NCBI RefSeq assembly: GCF_048593235.1
Contig: NC_133622.1
Coordinates: 5,766,001-5,830,000 of the forward strand
Source of the DNA: Sminthopsis crassicaudata
Lineage: Eukaryota
DNA length: 64,000 bases
Direction: 5' to 3'
The notes below the pieces were generated by a model, which was given only the letters and a program-made list of their open reading frames with translations, was not told the DNA's origin and made no database searches. Of the stretch, positions 60,951-64,000 are shown in pieces. Each line of letters starts with the position of its first letter. Position 1 is the stretch's first letter. A program made the position numbers and the translations under genes.

Positions 60951-62050
60951 AAGAACATGTCTGTAATCACTGAGTTTCAACTCCACTTTGGCAAATCATC
61001 AGAATGCCCTGCGTCTCCTGCTTCCTAGCCTTTCCTAGCTCCTACCTACTCTACAGCCGACTAGTTGTTCCTCCTTTGGGCTGCCCTTTCATGCCCATCA
61101 CTATTACTTACATTTTACAATCTGCAGGAGGCCAAATTCAGCCACTTCCAACATGAGCTTCTCCCTGAGATAGCTAGTGCATCTGTGAAATTTCCTTCCT
61201 GCCTTTCCTTAAAGGCACTTCAGTGAGGAGCACTCTGCTTGTGGCTAGGGATCACTCTGTGAGGAGGTTTCTGTGCAAGGTTCACCTCCTTCTGGATCTA
61301 CACTGCGGCCTTGAGCACAAAGCGCTCTCTCTTCATAGGACGGCATTTCCAACACTTTGTGTTATCTGTTACGTGCAACCTGCGTGTTCTCTTTCCCAAG
61401 CTAAACACCTCGTTCCTCCTGGCGATCCTAGTATATGCTGATCTGGAGCCCCGTGACCATTTGGATCATCCTGCTCTAGATGTATGCAAGTTTATCAATG
61501 TCTTTTCTAAATGCATTTTGAGGCACCATAAAAATGATACATACATGTCAAGTAGAAATATCTACGTGTCTGCTGAAATGCCTGCTAAAAACATGTTACA
61601 CAGATCAAGTACGGAGGATTCATGGCACACCCCACCAAACTTCAGTAAAATCATGGACAAAAACTTTTGTGCCTGAAAATTCAACTAGTGTATCAAACCA
61701 GTTAATTGCAGTATAATCTGGCCCACATCTCACCTCTATCATTCATTAAAAAAGGCTTCAATAGCAAATTGAACTATTAAAAAATATAACATTTTAAGGA
61801 TAAAGAAATTTGAGGCAGAGGAAGTCTAGATCAATTACCTGAAAATAAAAGTAGTATCTCTGGTATAGTTGAATACTCAGGCGTAATAAATTATATCTAA
61901 AAAATGAATAGTGTTCTTGTTAAGTGAAATGTTTAAACCATGAGTTACAAAGTGGCACTCAACAACAGTTACTGCCTCTTTAAATACAATCTGTCCTCAT
62001 TGTTACTTATAATTTCCAGGATTACAATTAAACTAAGAATTTAGAAGTTA

Positions 62051-62152
62051 GGGAGCAGCTAGGTTGTATAATGAATAAAGCACCATCCCTGAAGTCAGGA
62101 GGACCTGAGTTCAAATAGGATTTCAAACACTTAACACTTCCTAGCTGTGTGA
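62051..62152 (+). mobile_element. WSINE1-type SINE 5' part, directly fused to an L1 3' end
   Basis: The head and B box are present, and the sequence stops at CTAGCTGTGTGA. Confidence 0.8.
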
Positions 62153-62710
62153 GCTGTGGCATATGAATATTATGGAATATTATTGTTCTGTAAGAAATGA
62201 CCAGCAGGATGATTTCAGAAAGGCCTGGAGAGACTTACATGAACTGACGCGGAGTGAAATGAGCAGGACCAGGAGATCATTATGTACTTCAACAACAATA
62301 CTGTATGATGATCAATTCTGATGTACGTGGCCCTCTTCAACAATGAGATGAACCAAATCCAATAAAGCAGTAATGAGCTGCACCAGCTACACCCAGGGAA
62401 AGAAGTCTGGGAGATGACTATGAACCACTACATAGAATTCCCAATCCTTCTATTTTTGTCCGCCTGCATTTTTTATTTCCTTCATGGGCTAAAAGTCTGA
62501 TTCTTTTTGTACAGCAAAACAACTGTTTGGGCATGTATGCATATATTGTATTTAATTTATACTTTAACATATTGAACATGTATTGGTCAATCTGTCATCG
62601 GGGGGAGGGGGAAGAAGGGGAAATATTAGAACAAAAGGTTTGGCAATTGTCAATGTTGTAAAATTACCCATGCATATATCTGGTAAATAAAAACTATAAT
62701 TTTAAAAAAA
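62153..62710 (+). mobile_element. 5'-truncated L1 3' end
   Basis: It aligns by eye with 14410-14940 and 36610-37014 (ORF2 end, 3' UTR, G-rich tract, A tail). Confidence 0.88.
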
Positions 62711-62719
62711 GACATAAAA

Positions 62720-63440
62720 ACATGTCTTTGTCCAAACAAGGGATCAAGGCAATCACAAAAGATTAAAACATAATCAAACAAAAGAAACTGAAATTTTTTT
62801 TACAATAATGAAGCCCACTAGGATAAGAAAAAAGTTATCAATAGGAGAAAAATAAACTTTACATCAAATATCTCTTATGTCTGATAGTTAAAGATACACA
62901 AGGACCTAACACAGATATAGGACCAAAAGTCATTTCCCTATGAACAAATGGGCAAAGAATATGAGCGTACAGTTCTCAAAAGAATTGTTAACTATTAAAA
63001 TACATATGAAAGATCACCCCAAATCACTAAATATAGATAAAAGTCAAAACAACACTGAGGTCACATTTCACAACTAACAAATTAGCAAAGATAAGAAAAG
63101 GAGAGAATGGTCAAAGTTGGCAAGAACATATAAAGTCAGGCACACCGACATCCTATTGGTGGAGCTGTGAATTGGAAAACAATCTGGAAATGTATCATTA
63201 TACTAAGTGACTAAGATGTCCAAAGCCAGGCCCAGAGATTTAACTACTTGCCAGAGACTATAAGAAAGATTACTATAACAGGCAAAGTGTTTCCCACTCC
63301 ACAGCTGGGAGGAAATACACGTGATGACAATGACAATGGAAAGAATAACACCGGCCACAGCAGGGAAACCAGACACTGTATGATTATAACGGTCAAACTT
63401 CACCCTGAAGAAGAGATGGAAAAATCAATCCCTCACCCTT
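62720..63440 (+). mobile_element. Old L1 ORF2 C-terminal fragment
   Basis: Decayed similarity to 13.9-14.3 kb (catttccctatgaacaaatgggcaaagaatatgag, cctattggtggagctgtgaattgg). Confidence 0.6.
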
Positions 63441-64000
63441 CAACCTCTATTATCTAAAATCAGAATAGTTGATGGGATTTATCCTGATGAAATGTATCCT
63501 TCCTTTTCTCTTTCTTCTTAATGATTTTTTAAAACAGCCCAAGCACAAAGTAATAATGGCCTGAACTAGAGCAGAAGAAATGTGAAAGGAGAAGTGACAG
63601 TTGTGAAAAAATACTAAAGAGACAGAAATAATTCAACCTGTGGAACAAAGAAAAAAGAAAAGTTAAAGACCATGAAAGGTATCAAATTAGGATGACCAAG
63701 AGAATGGTGGTACCATCTATGAGCAATTGGAGAAGAAATAAATAAGAGAAAGATAATTTTGGACATTCAATTAGGGATGGTTATGTCCAAAATGTAGTTG
63801 AAAATGGAAGACATCAATGCTCAAAAGACAGATTTAATCTGGATATATAAATATTAAAGTTAACTATAAAATAGTAATAAGCTTAAACAAAACTAGAATT
63901 TTTTTAAAGATAAAAGTCTTACTCAAAGAACAACATAATGTACTAAGAAGCAGATAAATTTAAAGTGAAATTTTAATTCATAATTTTATTTGAAGAAACT

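Overview
This is eukaryotic, repeat-rich DNA, very likely from a dasyurid marsupial such as the Tasmanian devil. That assignment is inferred from WSINE1/MAR1-type CORE-SINEs, marsupial-type L1s and short N gaps. The only gene I can recognise is the 3' part of RAB28 on the minus strand. It has a 104-nt exon (54524-54627), a 78-nt exon (48280-48357), the 95-nt alternative 'L' exon (41391-41485, ending CSLQ*) and the terminal exon (CDS 38435-38527, ending CTVQ*, 3' UTR to about 37550). Its first exons lie beyond the right edge. The rest is mostly L1 (including a nested insertion), ORF1-only HAL1-like elements, L2, L3/CR1, MIR/MAR1/WSINE1, a Tigger1-like transposon and tandem repeats. The most interesting unexplained part is an orphan CpG-island promoter at about 7.9-9.1 kb. 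It has a strong + strand donor just after a perfect Kozak context that precedes ATT instead of ATG. This joins in frame with two downstream exon-like segments (16724-16758 and 19675-19946, followed by ATTAAA) into a hypothetical 105-codon ORF. An overlapping minus-strand set of exon-like segments (25.2 to 16.35 kb, including an 11-nt micro-exon) also keeps frame. Both models rest on splice-signal inspection only and could be chance. I found no prokaryotic, CRISPR, rRNA or tRNA features and no demonstrable new multi-gene system.
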